NCBI GenBank assembly: GCA_046756865.1 | Contig: JBHHXE010000002.1 | Coordinates: 1 to 58,491 of the forward strand | DNA from: Nitrospiria bacterium | GTDB lineage: Bacteria > Nitrospirota > Nitrospiria > SBBL01 > JAADHI01 | Length of the DNA: 58,491 nucleotides | Reading direction: 5' to 3' | Shown: piece by piece, positions 10,056 to 20,095 of the stretch | How positions within the stretch are numbered: position 1 is the first letter of the stretch | Layout: the number at the start of each line of letters is the position of its first letter | Program-made: the position numbers and the translations under genes | Notes under the pieces: model-generated | What the model was told of the DNA's origin: nothing | The model's database searches: none | The model's input: the letters and a program-made list of their open reading frames with translations, nothing else

Positions 10056-12013
10056 ACGACCGTTTTATGAGATCGGAGACTGCTTTTCGAACCGGAGTCC
10101 CGGGGGGGTTTTTTTGTCTGACCTCCGACAAAATCAAGCGCCAGACCGGCAATGCTTTCAGGGTCCAGGCCATTTTTTTTGTGCAGGATTTTTTGTGCGC
10201 CGTGCTCGATAAACCGATCCGGAAGCCCGATTCGCCTGACATCAACCTGCGGCGCGGCGTTTTCATTTTTCGCTTCCTCCAGTGAAGAAAGTACAGCTTC
10301 GCCAAAACCACCCGCCAAGGCCTGCTCCTCCAGGGCAATCACCTTCGCACAGCGCTTTGCGACCGTAACAAGCAACTCTCGATCAATCGGTTTAATATAC
10401 CGGGCGTTCACAACACCGACGACAATTCCTTTTCGCTCCAGAATCTCCGCAGCCTCCAGCGCGGGATAGACCATGTTCCCGATTGCGACCAGAGCAACAT
10501 CCCATTTTTCCACCAGTTCTCCTCTAAGGAGTTCACCTTTCCCTCTGGGAAGAATCATCATTCTCTCATCGAGTGTAACGCCAACTCCTTCTCCCCTCGG
10601 GTAGCGGATTGCCACCGGCCCCTGATGCTTCAGTGCCGTCGCCAGCATGTGCTGTAACTCATTTTCATCCTTGGGCGCCATAAGGGTCATATTCGGAATC
10701 CCCCTCAGGTAGGAAATATCGAAAACGCCGTTGTGTGTCGGACCATCCGCTCCAACCAGCCCAGCACGATCAAGACAAAAAACGACCGGCAGGTTCTGCA
10801 GTGCAACATCATGGACGATCTGATCGAAAGCCCGTTGTAAAAAAGTTGAATAAATGGCGGCAACCGGACGAAGGCCATCTGCGGCCATGCCGGCAGCCAT
10901 CGTGACCGCATGCTGTTCCGAAATACCCACATCATAAAATCGGTCCGGGAAGGCTTTCGCGAAATCACTCAGGCCTGTTCCCGCGGGCATCGCAGCCGTG
11001 ATGGCCACAATTTTTGAATTTTCGCCGGCCAGCCGGAGCAGGGACTTGGAAAAAACACTGGTATAGGACGGGACGCCTGCCTTCTTCTTCCCGATCCCGG
11101 TCGACAAATCGAAAGAGGAGGTTCCGTGAAATCCTGCCGGATCAGCTTCCGCGGGGGGATAGCCCTTGCCTTTCTTGGTGATGACATGAATCAGAAGAGG
11201 ACCATCCAGCTGCTTGATATTGTCGAATGTCGTTAAGAGGTGATCCAGACGATGCCCGTCAATCGGGCCGATATAGCGGAACCCGAGTTCCTCAAAAAGA
11301 TGTCCAGGGACAATCATCCCCTTGACCGATTCCTCGGCCCGTCTGGCCGCCTTCAGCATCGGCTCACCTATTTTTGGGATATTTTTCAACAGGGTCGTCG
11401 TCTCGCTCTTGACCTTTGTATAGAGCGGCCCTGTAATCATTCGGTTCAAATAAGAGGAAAAGGCACCGACATTTTCTGAAATTGACATCTCATTATCATT
11501 CAGAATGACAATGAGGTTTCGCTTCAAAGCTCCGGCATGATTGAGGGCTTCATAGGCCATTCCGGCGGTCATCGACCCGTCTCCGATAATGGCGATCACA
11601 TGGTATTTTTCTCCATGATGATCCCGCGCTTCCGCCATCCCGAGCGCAGCCGAGATAGACGTTCCCGCGTGGCCCGCGCCAAAGGTATCGTAAGGGCTCT
11701 CTGTCCTGGAGAGAAATCCGCTGATACCCTGATGCTCCCTCAAAGTCGGAAACTGCTTCCGCCTTCCTGTCAACAACTTGTGCGGATAGGCCTGGTGCCC
11801 CACGTCCCAGACAAGCCGATCCCGAGGCGTATCAAAACAGGTATGCAGAGCGATCGTGAGCTCAACCGTCCCGAGACTTGCCCCGAGGTGTCCTCCCTTT
11901 CCGGAAATCACCCGAAGGATCTCGTCCCGGATCTCCTGTGCCAATTGAGGAAGTTCTTCTCTGGGAATCTTCTTCAAATCGCTCGGCGCGTCTATTTTAT
12001 CCAATAAGCCCAT
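10052..12013 (-). CDS. dxs: 1-deoxy-D-xylulose-5-phosphate synthase
   Basis: 653 aa with N-terminal [11 protein letters not shown]...[11 protein letters not shown] and a TPP motif [15 protein letters not shown]. Conserved xseB-ispA-dxs synteny. Confidence 0.95.
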   Translation of the reverse strand: MGLLDKIDAPSDLKKIPREELPQLAQEIRDEILRVISGKGGHLGASLGTVELTIALHTCFDTPRDRLVWDVGHQAYPHKLLTGRRKQFPTLREHQGISGFLSRTESPYDTFGAGHAGTSISAALGMAEARDHHGEKYHVIAIIGDGSMTAGMAYEALNHAGALKRNLIVILNDNEMSISENVGAFSSYLNRMITGPLYTKVKSETTTLLKNIPKIGEPMLKAARRAEESVKGMIVPGHLFEELGFRYIGPIDGHRLDHLLTTFDNIKQLDGPLLIHVITKKGKGYPPAEADPAGFHGTSSFDLSTGIGKKKAGVPSYTSVFSKSLLRLAGENSKIVAITAAMPAGTGLSDFAKAFPDRFYDVGISEQHAVTMAAGMAADGLRPVAAIYSTFLQRAFDQIVHDVALQNLPVVFCLDRAGLVGADGPTHNGVFDISYLRGIPNMTLMAPKDENELQHMLATALKHQGPVAIRYPRGEGVGVTLDERMMILPRGKGELLRGELVEKWDVALVAIGNMVYPALEAAEILERKGIVVGVVNARYIKPIDRELLVTVAKRCAKVIALEEQALAGGFGEAVLSSLEEAKNENAAPQVDVRRIGLPDRFIEHGAQKILHKKNGLDPESIAGLALDFVGGQTKKPPRDSGSKSSLRSHKTVV

Positions 12014-12080
12014 TTATTATATTTCCTCTGGAAGGCTGTCCGGCATCCTCTGGCCTGGCAAGCTTTAACGGCCCGGGTGC

Positions 12081-13100
12081 TTATTTTTTCCGATCCACCA
12101 TGTAGGCCGCAATCTGCCGCAGGGGGTCTGCCTCCGGCCCGAACTTTTCCAGCGCAGCCACAGCATTCTGAACATGCGTTTTAGCCTCTTTTTTTGCACG
12201 CTCCAGTCCCAGGAATCCGGGATAGGTCCACTTATCTGTCGATTGATCCTGACCGACAGATTTCCCCATTAAGGCCTCATCTCCCTCCACATCAAGGATA
12301 TCATCCGCAATTTGAAAGGCCAGACCGGCTTTCTCTCCAAACCGGGTCAGTGCGGTCAACTTTTTTGGCCCGGCGCTCCCCAAGATCCCGCCAATCCGGA
12401 TAGAGGCCCGGAAAAGGGCTCCCGTCTTAAGCGAGTGAATTTCCACCAGTTTTTCCAAGTTGACTTCCTTGCCGCCCTGAGATTCAATATCGAGCAACTG
12501 GCCACCCACCATACCCGTGCTTCCACAGGCCGCACCCAACTCCAGGATCACGGACAAAACCCGCCGGGGCGAGATCGAGCCGCCTAGACCCTTTTCGGCC
12601 AGCATGGTAAAGGTCGAGGTTAAAAGTGCATCTCCCGCCAGGATTGCAGTGCTTTCACCAAACATTTTATGGCTGGTGAGTTTACCGCGTCGATAGGTAT
12701 CGTCGTCCATGGCAGGGAGGTCATCGTGGACCAGGGAATAAGTATGCATCAGTTCAATTGCAGCTGCAAACGGGAGGGCGGTCTGAGCATTTCCACCCAC
12801 CGCTTCGCAGGCGGCGATACAAAGAATCGGCCGGAGCCGCTTTCCCCCGGCAAACAAGGAGTACCGAAGCGCTTCATGGATCAACGCGGGCTCACATGAG
12901 GCCCGCGGAAGGTAGGATTGGAGGATGCGATCAACTTCTTCCTTTCGTCGCGTCAGGTAAACTTGAAGCGGGTCCAGATCTGTGGGCGCGGACCCATTCA
13001 AAGGTACATTCTCTGAGAACAAGTCCTCGGCTCCACCAGAAACAGAAGGAACGGATGACGCCCTGGCTGGCACTGCCCCGTCCTTACTCATTCGAATCAC
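12081..13100 (-). CDS. ispA: polyprenyl (farnesyl/geranylgeranyl) diphosphate synthase
   Basis: First and second Asp-rich motifs (LVHDDLPAMDDDTYRRGK; FQIADDILD). The long N-terminal extension makes the start uncertain. Confidence 0.9.
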   Translation of the reverse strand: MIRMSKDGAVPARASSVPSVSGGAEDLFSENVPLNGSAPTDLDPLQVYLTRRKEEVDRILQSYLPRASCEPALIHEALRYSLFAGGKRLRPILCIAACEAVGGNAQTALPFAAAIELMHTYSLVHDDLPAMDDDTYRRGKLTSHKMFGESTAILAGDALLTSTFTMLAEKGLGGSISPRRVLSVILELGAACGSTGMVGGQLLDIESQGGKEVNLEKLVEIHSLKTGALFRASIRIGGILGSAGPKKLTALTRFGEKAGLAFQIADDILDVEGDEALMGKSVGQDQSTDKWTYPGFLGLERAKKEAKTHVQNAVAALEKFGPEADPLRQIAAYMVDRKK

Positions 13101-13368
13101 GTCCTTCCTCCGGATGGCTTGCTACAGAATCAAGAGGCCGCAAGCGCTTCTTCCCCTTCTTGTCCTGAATGAGGACTTCCACCTTTTTTTCAGCCTCTTC
13201 CAGCACCTTGAGGCAATTCTTAGACGACCGGATTCCGTCTTCAAAAATCTTGAGAGAATCCTCCAGGGGAAGATCCCCTTTTTCCAGCAACTTAACCGCC
13301 TCTTCCAGACGGGAAAGGGCCTCTTCAAATTTCAGCTGCGCCACCCGACCCCCACAAGCAATATCCAA
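13084..13368 (-). CDS. xseB: exodeoxyribonuclease VII small subunit
   Basis: FEEALSRLEEAVKLLEKGDLPLEDSLKIFEDG signature. Located upstream of ispA-dxs as in many bacteria. Confidence 0.85.
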   Translation of the reverse strand: MDIACGGRVAQLKFEEALSRLEEAVKLLEKGDLPLEDSLKIFEDGIRSSKNCLKVLEEAEKKVEVLIQDKKGKKRLRPLDSVASHPEEGRDSNE

Positions 13369-13489
13369 CTCCTGAGATTATACAAGGACTCAACAACAGG
13401 TCAAGTCCTTTTTGAAAAACCTCACTTTTGAAGGACGTGGATTGCGTTCACTTTGTGCGTCCATCCCGTGTGAATGAATAATCAAACCC

Positions 13490-13915
13490 TTAGACTTTCT
13501 CGCCAGCCAGATGGACCAGCACCTTTCTATGATGTCCGGCGGTTCGGTGCTCGTAGAGGAATATCCCCTGCCAGGTGCCAAGGGCAAGCCGATTGCTTTG
13601 AACCGGGATAGAAAGCGAGGTTGCCGTTAGGGCGGCGCGGATATGTGCGGGCATGTCATCCGGCCCTTCCGTCGTGTGGCGAAAGAGAGGATCTCCCTGA
13701 GGGACAAGACGGTCAAAAAAACGTTCCATATCCCGAAGTACCTCCGGATCATAATTTTCCTGGATGAGTAAAGAGGCCGAGGTATGTTGGATATAAAGCG
13801 TCAGTAGGCCCTCCCGGATCGGGCTTGTCTTCATCCATGAGTCGATCTTTTCAGTCAGGTCATAAAGGTTTCGCCCGGAGGTCTCTATCGTAATCTCGCC
13901 TGTCACCAAAATCAT
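13490..13915 (-). CDS. YjbQ/UPF0047 family (secondary thiamine-phosphate synthase) protein
   Basis: Motifs HTSASLLIQENYDP, MPAHIRAALT and LALGTWQGIFLYEHR. Confidence 0.85.
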   Translation of the reverse strand: MILVTGEITIETSGRNLYDLTEKIDSWMKTSPIREGLLTLYIQHTSASLLIQENYDPEVLRDMERFFDRLVPQGDPLFRHTTEGPDDMPAHIRAALTATSLSIPVQSNRLALGTWQGIFLYEHRTAGHHRKVLVHLAGEKV

Positions 13916-13934
13916 GTCATTTCCCTTAAATCCC

Positions 13935-13977
13935 GTGAATGGTGAATCGTGATTGGGTTAAATCTTTCACGCTTCAC
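13935..13977. repeat. GTGAAT-heptamer inverted-repeat motif (family F3)
   Basis: GTGAATG GTGAATC GTGATTG followed by an inverted TTCACGCTTCAC. Related strings occur at 13469-13482, 17950-17992 (reverse) and 43900-43980. Confidence 0.5.
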
Positions 13978-15377
13978 TCGTCCCGCTTATGGATACTGGC
14001 CTTGCCTTTCAAAGTAGGGGAGACCTCGTCATTCCCGATTACACTGCAAATCACCTTTCCCTGATGAAGCGTCAATAATAGCCGATCCCCCTCATTCACC
14101 TCTGTGGCCTCCCGGATAATCTTCAAGGCAGGCAGCTTCTGCGTGATACTATAACCGCGACTCAGGATGTTTAAGGGGCTTAAGAGGTGCAACTGTTCTA
14201 TTTGGGCCAGGAACGTGCTCCGCCCCTGATCGACGAATCCTCTCCCCGTCTTCAGCAGTCGCCTGTTGGCCTCGTCCAGCCGCTGTCGCTTTTCGTAAAC
14301 GCGTTCAATGGGGTTCAGATGCAAGATGCCCTCACGGCCGCGGCTCAGGCTCCACCGGCGCGTTTTCAATACGTGCGTCATGCCTTGCTGAAGGCGAATT
14401 CGCAACTGGGTCAAGCGGTCCCGAACATGGCCGATCCGCCGTGACGGATCGCTGAGGAGGCGCAATGCAATCTCATACTGGTTTTTTGCATCCCCAATTC
14501 TCGCCCTCATCAGATCGCTCAAGTCCTGCTCTTTGGACGCAAACCCTTCCAATATCGACCGAACGCGCCGTACCACGATTTCCGCCGCAATCGACGGGGT
14601 GGGAACGCGCAAATCCGATACATAATCTGAGATCGTCGTATCTGTTTCGTGTCCAATCGCAGTGATCACCGGGATTACCGACCGAGAGATCGCACGCGCC
14701 ACACCCTCCTCATTAAAGGCGGCAAGATCCTCAAGAGACCCACCGCCGCGCGCCAAAACCAGAAGATGAGGCTGCTTAGAAACAGGAATGCCGTTTACGA
14801 CTTCCAGTGTTTCCACAACTTCCCCGGCGGCCCCCTCTCCCTGAACCGGAACAGGATAAACGATGATTTGAATCGGGAGTTCCGCCTTCCGAAAAACCTG
14901 AAGGATGTCCTGGAGGGCCGCACCCGTGGGTGAGGTCACAAGGCCGATCCGGAGTGGGAATTGTGGAATCGGCTTCTTCCGCCCGTCATCAAAAAGTCCT
15001 CCCCTGCGCAGTTTTTCCTTCACGGCCTCAAAGGCAGCCTGAAGGGCTCCGCTCCCCCTCGGTTCTATATAATCAACAATAAGCTGGGACTGTCCCCGCG
15101 CCTCGTAGAAGGTGAGATGACCACGGATCAGGACCGATTTCCCCTCTTTGGGTGTAAATTTCAGGAACCGCGCAGTCCCCTTGAAAACGATTGCACGGAT
15201 CTGCGCGCTCGCATCCTTCAGGACAAAATATAGATGGCCGGAGGTCGGCGATCTCAAATCGACCACCTCTCCCTCGACCCAGATGTCAGAGAATGTCCGC
15301 TCCGTTTCCACGCGAATCCGGGTTGTCAGTTCGTGAACCTTGAGAATCTTGCGACCAGGACGATCGGACTGAAACAT
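13974..15377 (-). CDS. xseA: exodeoxyribonuclease VII large subunit
   Basis: 467 aa with an N-terminal OB fold (IWVEGEVVDLRSPTSGHLYFVLKD), catalytic core (LVLARGGGSLEDL) and coiled C-terminus. Confidence 0.9.
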   Translation of the reverse strand: MFQSDRPGRKILKVHELTTRIRVETERTFSDIWVEGEVVDLRSPTSGHLYFVLKDASAQIRAIVFKGTARFLKFTPKEGKSVLIRGHLTFYEARGQSQLIVDYIEPRGSGALQAAFEAVKEKLRRGGLFDDGRKKPIPQFPLRIGLVTSPTGAALQDILQVFRKAELPIQIIVYPVPVQGEGAAGEVVETLEVVNGIPVSKQPHLLVLARGGGSLEDLAAFNEEGVARAISRSVIPVITAIGHETDTTISDYVSDLRVPTPSIAAEIVVRRVRSILEGFASKEQDLSDLMRARIGDAKNQYEIALRLLSDPSRRIGHVRDRLTQLRIRLQQGMTHVLKTRRWSLSRGREGILHLNPIERVYEKRQRLDEANRRLLKTGRGFVDQGRSTFLAQIEQLHLLSPLNILSRGYSITQKLPALKIIREATEVNEGDRLLLTLHQGKVICSVIGNDEVSPTLKGKASIHKRDE

Positions 15378-15468
15378 ATGATCTTCTCCCTTTAGAATCC
15401 GGGCAGCATATTAAATGAATGAGGACGTGCATTCCCGCCTGCGTGGGAATAAAGGGTTTATCAAGCTG

Positions 15469-16779
15469 CTAAGCGTCTCCCCGGCGTGCATTGCTTCTCT
15501 CGCGCCAACGTCGGAGCCGATCGGCAATCTCTTTCTCTTTTCCCTGATTTGTCGGCGCATAAAAAACCTTCTTTTCCGGAAGGTATTTTTGAGGAACGTA
15601 ATGGTCCGGGTAGTCGTGCGGATAGAGATAACCTTTTCCTCTCCCCAGGCGTTTCGCCCCGGAATAGTGAGCATCCTGAAGTGGCGGGGGAACCACCATG
15701 ACGCGGCCTGAGGAGATTTCTTTGAGCGCCGCGTCGACCGCGAGATAGGAGGCATTGCTCTTCGGTGCTGTGGCGATATAGAGGGTCGCCTCTGCCAGGG
15801 GGATTCTCCCCTCTGGCATGCCGATGGCCTCCAGGGCATGAAAGGCCGAGACGGCCACACGGAGGGCTTCGGGGTCAGCATTTCCCACATCCTCAGCGGC
15901 ACAGATCATCAAACGGCGGGCGATGAAAAGCGGATCTTCCCCCGCATAAATCATTTTTGCCAGCCAATAAATTGCCGCGTCCGGATCTGAACCCCGCATA
16001 CTCTTGATAAAGGCCGAGACCGTATCATAGTGGCTGTCTTCATTCTCATATACCAGCCCCTTTTTCTGAATCGAGGCTTCGGCAACGGAAAGGTCAAAGT
16101 GGATCACCCCCTCCACATCGGGAGGTGTCGTCGTCACACCAATTTCAAAAGCATTGAGAAGCCGCCGGGCATCTCCTTCTGTCATCTGAATGAGGTGCCG
16201 CTCCGCCTCTTTTGAGAGCTGGATCTTTAATGTCCCGAAGCCGCACTCCGGATCACAAATCGCCCGGTCGATCAGGCATCGCAGAGCCGCCTCCGGAAGC
16301 GGTTTAAGTTCCACAATTTGCGAACGTGAAGCCAGGGCGGGAATAATCGAAAAGAAGGGATTTTGTGTAGAAGCACCGACGAGCGTAATGTTCCCCTTTT
16401 CTACATCGGGAAGGAGAGCAGACTGCTGGACCTTGTTGAAACGGTGGATTTCATCAATCAGCAACAGGGTCTTTCTCCCTGATGCGCTCTTTTCCTTTTG
16501 GGCCAATACAACAACCCGACGGATATCGGCGATGCCTGAGGTAACCGCGTTTAAATCAGAAAAAACCGCCTTGCTGTTTCTTGCAATCAGGTAGGCCAGA
16601 CCTGTTTTCCCGCAGCCCGGAGGACCAAAGAGAATGAGAGAGGAAACCCGATCCGCTAAAATCGCGCGGCGCAGAAACCGCCCCGGAGCCATAAGGTGTT
16701 CCTGCCCGACATACTCCGAGAAGTCCCGCGGTCGTAAACGCCAGGCCAAGGGGGAGGATGCGTCGAGCGGTAAAGCCAT
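15469..16779 (-). CDS. rarA: replication-associated recombination protein A (AAA+ ATPase)
   Basis: Walker A GPPGCGKTG, Walker B LLIDEIHRFNK and the MgsA C-terminal domain (AFIKSMRGSDPDAAIYWLAKM). Start placed at ATG 16779 (MALPLDASS). Confidence 0.9.
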   Translation of the reverse strand: MALPLDASSPLAWRLRPRDFSEYVGQEHLMAPGRFLRRAILADRVSSLILFGPPGCGKTGLAYLIARNSKAVFSDLNAVTSGIADIRRVVVLAQKEKSASGRKTLLLIDEIHRFNKVQQSALLPDVEKGNITLVGASTQNPFFSIIPALASRSQIVELKPLPEAALRCLIDRAICDPECGFGTLKIQLSKEAERHLIQMTEGDARRLLNAFEIGVTTTPPDVEGVIHFDLSVAEASIQKKGLVYENEDSHYDTVSAFIKSMRGSDPDAAIYWLAKMIYAGEDPLFIARRLMICAAEDVGNADPEALRVAVSAFHALEAIGMPEGRIPLAEATLYIATAPKSNASYLAVDAALKEISSGRVMVVPPPLQDAHYSGAKRLGRGKGYLYPHDYPDHYVPQKYLPEKKVFYAPTNQGKEKEIADRLRRWRERSNARRGDA

Positions 16780-16865
16780 ACAACCTCTTGTGGTGAACAG
16801 TTCGGGCGTAAAGTAGATTTGGCGGTAAGCTGACTCAGGGGTTCGAGCAAGGCGCAACGCGACAA

Positions 16866-17060
16866 CAAAAAGGTCCCCGCATTGCCGTAAGGGCGATCAG
16901 CTCAAACCTGGGTGTTCAGGTGGGCACCAAGACGGAGACATTAGGCTTTTCCACCAGTGGCGGAACGTGCTCACAGCCCCCTTGAACTCGGCTCCCTTGC
17001 TGTCGTTGTTAGGCTTGAAGACTAACCATTTACGCACAATGCAGGGACACCCTCTGACTT
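16866..17060 (-). ncRNA. ssrS: candidate 6S RNA-like long-hairpin ncRNA
   Basis: A roughly 195-nt imperfect hairpin. Pairings are 16875-16884/17037-17046, 16886-16890/17030-17034 and 16912-16924/16977-16989, with an apical hairpin at 16949-16965 and large internal loops. The minus strand has an upstream TTGAAA-17-TAGGAT promoter and a TTTTT tract after the closing stem. The position just downstream of zapA matches the zapA-ssrS synteny known from E. coli. Not verified against a covariance model. Confidence 0.35.
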
Positions 17061-17066
17061 GTAAAA

Positions 17067-17095
17067 ATCCTAACAAAGTTGAAATTAAATTTCAA
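17067..17095 (-). promoter_or_regulatory. sigma70-like promoter for the 6S-like RNA
   Basis: On the minus strand: TTGAAA (17095-17090), a 17-nt spacer, then TAGGAT (17072-17067). Confidence 0.4.
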
Positions 17096-17122
17096 GAACA
17101 AGATCAGCGATTGATCTTGTTC
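17096..17122 (-). terminator. perfect 11-bp stem hairpin followed by T-rich tract (minus strand)
   Basis: gaacaagatca-gcgat-tgatcttgttc. On the minus strand it is followed by TTGAAATTTAATTTC. The T-run is interrupted, so termination is uncertain. Confidence 0.3.
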
Positions 17123-17246
17123 GAAACCGTCAAGTCTCCTGAAAAACAAGGCCAGAGGCCTTAAGGACGACCGAGGCGTACTCCCTTGTACGTTGAGGAG
17201 GCCATATGGTCGATAACGCTGTCATTTCAGGAGAATCGGCGGTTTC
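17123..17246. repeat. structured intergenic repeat, family F1, copy A
   Basis: 124-nt hairpin element running gaaaccgtcaagtc...acaaggccaga...cgtac...ttgaggag...gataacgc...ggtttc. It is alignable with copies at 24459-24579 and 35996-36117. Confidence 0.8.
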
Positions 17247-17272
17247 TGATTCCGCAATCGCGGAATTAAATT

Positions 17273-17584
17273 TCAAGAACAAGACGGGCCATCCAGCTTA
17301 AAGGCTTCGAACTGTTCCTCTATGCTCTCAATAAGATCCCTTGTCTTTCCCCCGATCACAGCGTCGCGCGCTTCCTGTTCCGATCTCAACTGGAAAAGTT
17401 CATGAGCAATGTTAATCGAGGTGAGGACCGCCAGTTTTGAAAGCAGATTGTCCGGCGTATGCGCCGCCATTTCATTCATCTTCTCATCGACGTAGGAGGC
17501 CAAGGCCATAACATACTCCTTATCAGCATCTCCCTTTAAGGTATACTTATTTCCGAATATCTCGACCTGAAGTTTATTCCCCAA
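17273..17584 (-). CDS. zapA: cell division protein ZapA
   Basis: 103 aa. The sequence VEIFGNKYTLKGDADKEYVMALASYVDEKM...LAVLTSINIAHEL is typical of ZapA. Confidence 0.8.
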   Translation of the reverse strand: MGNKLQVEIFGNKYTLKGDADKEYVMALASYVDEKMNEMAAHTPDNLLSKLAVLTSINIAHELFQLRSEQEARDAVIGGKTRDLIESIEEQFEAFKLDGPSCS

Positions 17585-17816
17585 TCAATGCTTCCTCATC
17601 CGAAACGCGGACGTCTCTCTCAAGATGGTCCAGTTTTCCCAGAAGGGCCTCTATCCGGAGACGGACCTTTCCGCGCTCGTCATGGAGGGCCTGGAATTCT
17701 TTTTCGCTCTGATCAAGCCTTGTTTTCAATTCTGCCTTCTCACTTTTCAAGCGCTGTATATATTCAATCATTTCCTGGACGCGCGATTCCAGGACCTCTA
17801 ACTGTTGTAATTCCAT
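17574..17816 (-). CDS. ZapB-like coiled-coil cell division protein
   Basis: 80-aa all-helical heptad protein (LEVLESRVQEMIEYIQRLKSEKAELK) immediately upstream of zapA, overlapping it. Confidence 0.6.
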   Translation of the reverse strand: MELQQLEVLESRVQEMIEYIQRLKSEKAELKTRLDQSEKEFQALHDERGKVRLRIEALLGKLDHLERDVRVSDEEALIGE

Positions 17817-17864
17817 CGCACCCTCAACTTGTTTTTCTCAAACTTACGCCTTCACTTTTTTTTT

Positions 17865-18028
17865 GTCAACAGGATCTTGCAATTCATGGAGACAGGGCTT
17901 CTCATTGGACGACCAGGGCGTACCTATCAAAGCGGTGAAGCGTGGAGCGTAATAGATTTCACCTGATTACTCAATCACCTCATCACAATTCACAGCCTTC
18001 ATCAGTATTCAGGCAAATCGACGGTTTC
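17865..18028. repeat. divergent/expanded copy of repeat family F1 (copy D)
   Basis: Shares gtcaac..cttgcaa, gacgaccagggcgtac and cagtattcaggcaaatcgacggtttc with copies A-C. It carries an extra roughly 50-nt insert with GTGA-type heptamers. Confidence 0.5.
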
Positions 18029-18108
18029 AAATTTGGAATTGAACTGAATTACAGCCTCATGCTAATAATATAAACCTTACTATACATGTTCATCATAAAG
18101 GAGATTGC

Positions 18109-18435
18109 ATGCCGAAACCCAAGTACCACATCCTCGTCTGTACAACCCAGCGCCCCCCTGGGAATCCCCGTGGGTCCTGCGGAGAAAAAGGGAGCCAGGA
18201 AATCATCCCTGCTATCTATGATGAGATGGAGAAACGGGAACTCTTTGGACAGATTCTTGTCACTGAATCAACCTGTCTGGGTCCATGTCCGATGGGACCA
18301 ACCGTTGTGGTTTATCCGGACGCCGTCTGGTACAGGGGCGTAAAACCCGCTGATGTCGCCGAAATTATGGACGAACACATCACCCAGGGACGGCCCGTCG
18401 AACGTCTGGTCATGCCGGATGAGATGTGGGGCTAA
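18109..18435 (+). CDS. thioredoxin-like [2Fe-2S] ferredoxin-domain protein
   Basis: 108 aa with HILVCT, GSCG and CLGPCPMGP Cys ligand spacing. AGGAG RBS upstream. Confidence 0.8.
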   Translation: MPKPKYHILVCTTQRPPGNPRGSCGEKGSQEIIPAIYDEMEKRELFGQILVTESTCLGPCPMGPTVVVYPDAVWYRGVKPADVAEIMDEHITQGRPVERLVMPDEMWG

Positions 18436-18468
18436 ACTTCTCCTCCAAAATATATGCTGCTCCGCCCG

Positions 18469-19383
18469 CTATGCCTGCTCAGAGCTCAATGCCTCTCTCA
18501 GGCTCTCCTCCCAATCAGGCAATTCCAGACCGAAAGTCTGTTTCAGCTTACGGCAGTCCAAGAGGGAGAACGAAGGGCGTACAGCACGGGTCGGATAGGC
18601 AGAGGTCGGGATCGGGAGGAGGCGCTTCAGTCGAAAATCCGGGGCAGGTGGGGTCAAAATCGCCTCCGCAAAGCGATACCAGGTTGTCTGCCCACCGGCG
18701 GCCAGGTGATAAAGTCCGCTAACCTCCTCCAGTGATGAGGCATGATTGAATCGTGTAAGAATCCGGGCCGTCATCTCTGCAATCATCCGGCTCCAGGTCG
18801 GCGCCCCGACCTGGTCATCCACCACATTGATTTCCTCCCGCTCCCGCGCCAAGCGCCGTAGCGTCAGAAGGAAATTGCTCCCCCGCAAACCGTAAACCCA
18901 GCTTGTCCTAAAAATCAGGTATGACCGGCTCATGCTCTGGACAGCACGCTCTCCGGCAAGCTTCGTTTCGCCATAGACATTGAGCGGATGGGGCGGCATC
19001 TCTTCGCGATATCCCTTAGGCGGGGCCAGCCCACCGCCAAAAACATAGTCGGTTGAATAGTGAATCAGCGCGGCGTCAATCTGTCGGGCCTCTTCTGCGA
19101 GAAGGCCGGGCAGAGTCCCATTGATCTTCATCGCCAACTCCGGATCATCTTCAGCCTTGTCCACCGCGGTATATGCAGCCGCATTGACGATGAGGCTTGG
19201 TTTGATCTCCCCGATCCGCTGTCGGAGCGCATCCGTACAGGTCAAATCAAGATCGGAGCGATCGAGCGCGATAAGATCTCCCAGGGGGGACAGTGTCCGC
19301 TGCAATTCCCACCCCACCTGCCCCTGCTTTCCCAAAAGAAGAATCCGGGAGGCAACATCGGTTCGAGATTTGTCCCGCGCCAT
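18469..19383 (-). CDS. rfbD: dTDP-4-dehydrorhamnose reductase
   Basis: RmlD-like sequence (ILLLGKQGQVGWEL, YGETKLAGE) in an rml cluster context. Confidence 0.9.
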   Translation of the reverse strand: MARDKSRTDVASRILLLGKQGQVGWELQRTLSPLGDLIALDRSDLDLTCTDALRQRIGEIKPSLIVNAAAYTAVDKAEDDPELAMKINGTLPGLLAEEARQIDAALIHYSTDYVFGGGLAPPKGYREEMPPHPLNVYGETKLAGERAVQSMSRSYLIFRTSWVYGLRGSNFLLTLRRLAREREEINVVDDQVGAPTWSRMIAEMTARILTRFNHASSLEEVSGLYHLAAGGQTTWYRFAEAILTPPAPDFRLKRLLPIPTSAYPTRAVRPSFSLLDCRKLKQTFGLELPDWEESLREALSSEQA

Positions 19384-19946
19384 CAGTCAAATCCTGAAAA
19401 GCGGGGAAGCCCCTCAGGGTCAATTTTCTCTATACCAGGGGCAGCGCTGTCTTTATCCGACAGGATCGGGGTCTCAGTCGGCCAGGTAATCCCAATCTTC
19501 GGATCATTCCAGAGAAGACTCTGTTCCAACTGCGGTGCATAAAAGTCGGTGCACTTGTAGGTGAAAAGGGCGGTGGGACTGGTAATACAAAAGCCGTGCG
19601 CAAAACCTTCAGGGATATAGATCTGGCGCGCGTTTTCACCGGTGAGGGTGATGCCGACCCATTGGCCAAAAGTAGGAGATCCGACGCGAATGTCGACAGC
19701 AACGTCAAAAACCTCCCCCTGCAGGACGGTGACAAGCTTTCCCTGCGGCGCCGGGTTCTGGAAATGGAGTCCCCTCAGGACACCCTGAGTGGAAAACGAA
19801 ACATTGTCCTGAACAAAGTCGGCAGGAAGTCCTGCTCCTTTATACCGGTCCCGATGCCAGGTCTCCAAAAAAAATCCACGGGAATCGCGAAAAATCTTTG
19901 GCTCGAGGATGACGACACCAGAAAGTTTGGTTTCTATTTTTTTCAT
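19383..19946 (-). CDS. rfbC: dTDP-4-dehydrorhamnose 3,5-epimerase
   Basis: RmlC cupin motifs (RGFFLE, RGLHFQ, YIPEGFAHGF). Confidence 0.9.
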   Translation of the reverse strand: MKKIETKLSGVVILEPKIFRDSRGFFLETWHRDRYKGAGLPADFVQDNVSFSTQGVLRGLHFQNPAPQGKLVTVLQGEVFDVAVDIRVGSPTFGQWVGITLTGENARQIYIPEGFAHGFCITSPTALFTYKCTDFYAPQLEQSLLWNDPKIGITWPTETPILSDKDSAAPGIEKIDPEGLPRFSGFD

Positions 19947-20095
19947 AGCGAGCCTCTGATTAGACCTGGGTTGACTTTTTCAAAAGATAAAATATTTCGA
20001 TTCAAGGTGCAAATCGCAAAAAACAGCCCGCCAGGTTCGAGATTTAAAAAGCAAAAGCGGAACATTCTTGCCCTAAAAAACAGACCATGACTCAA

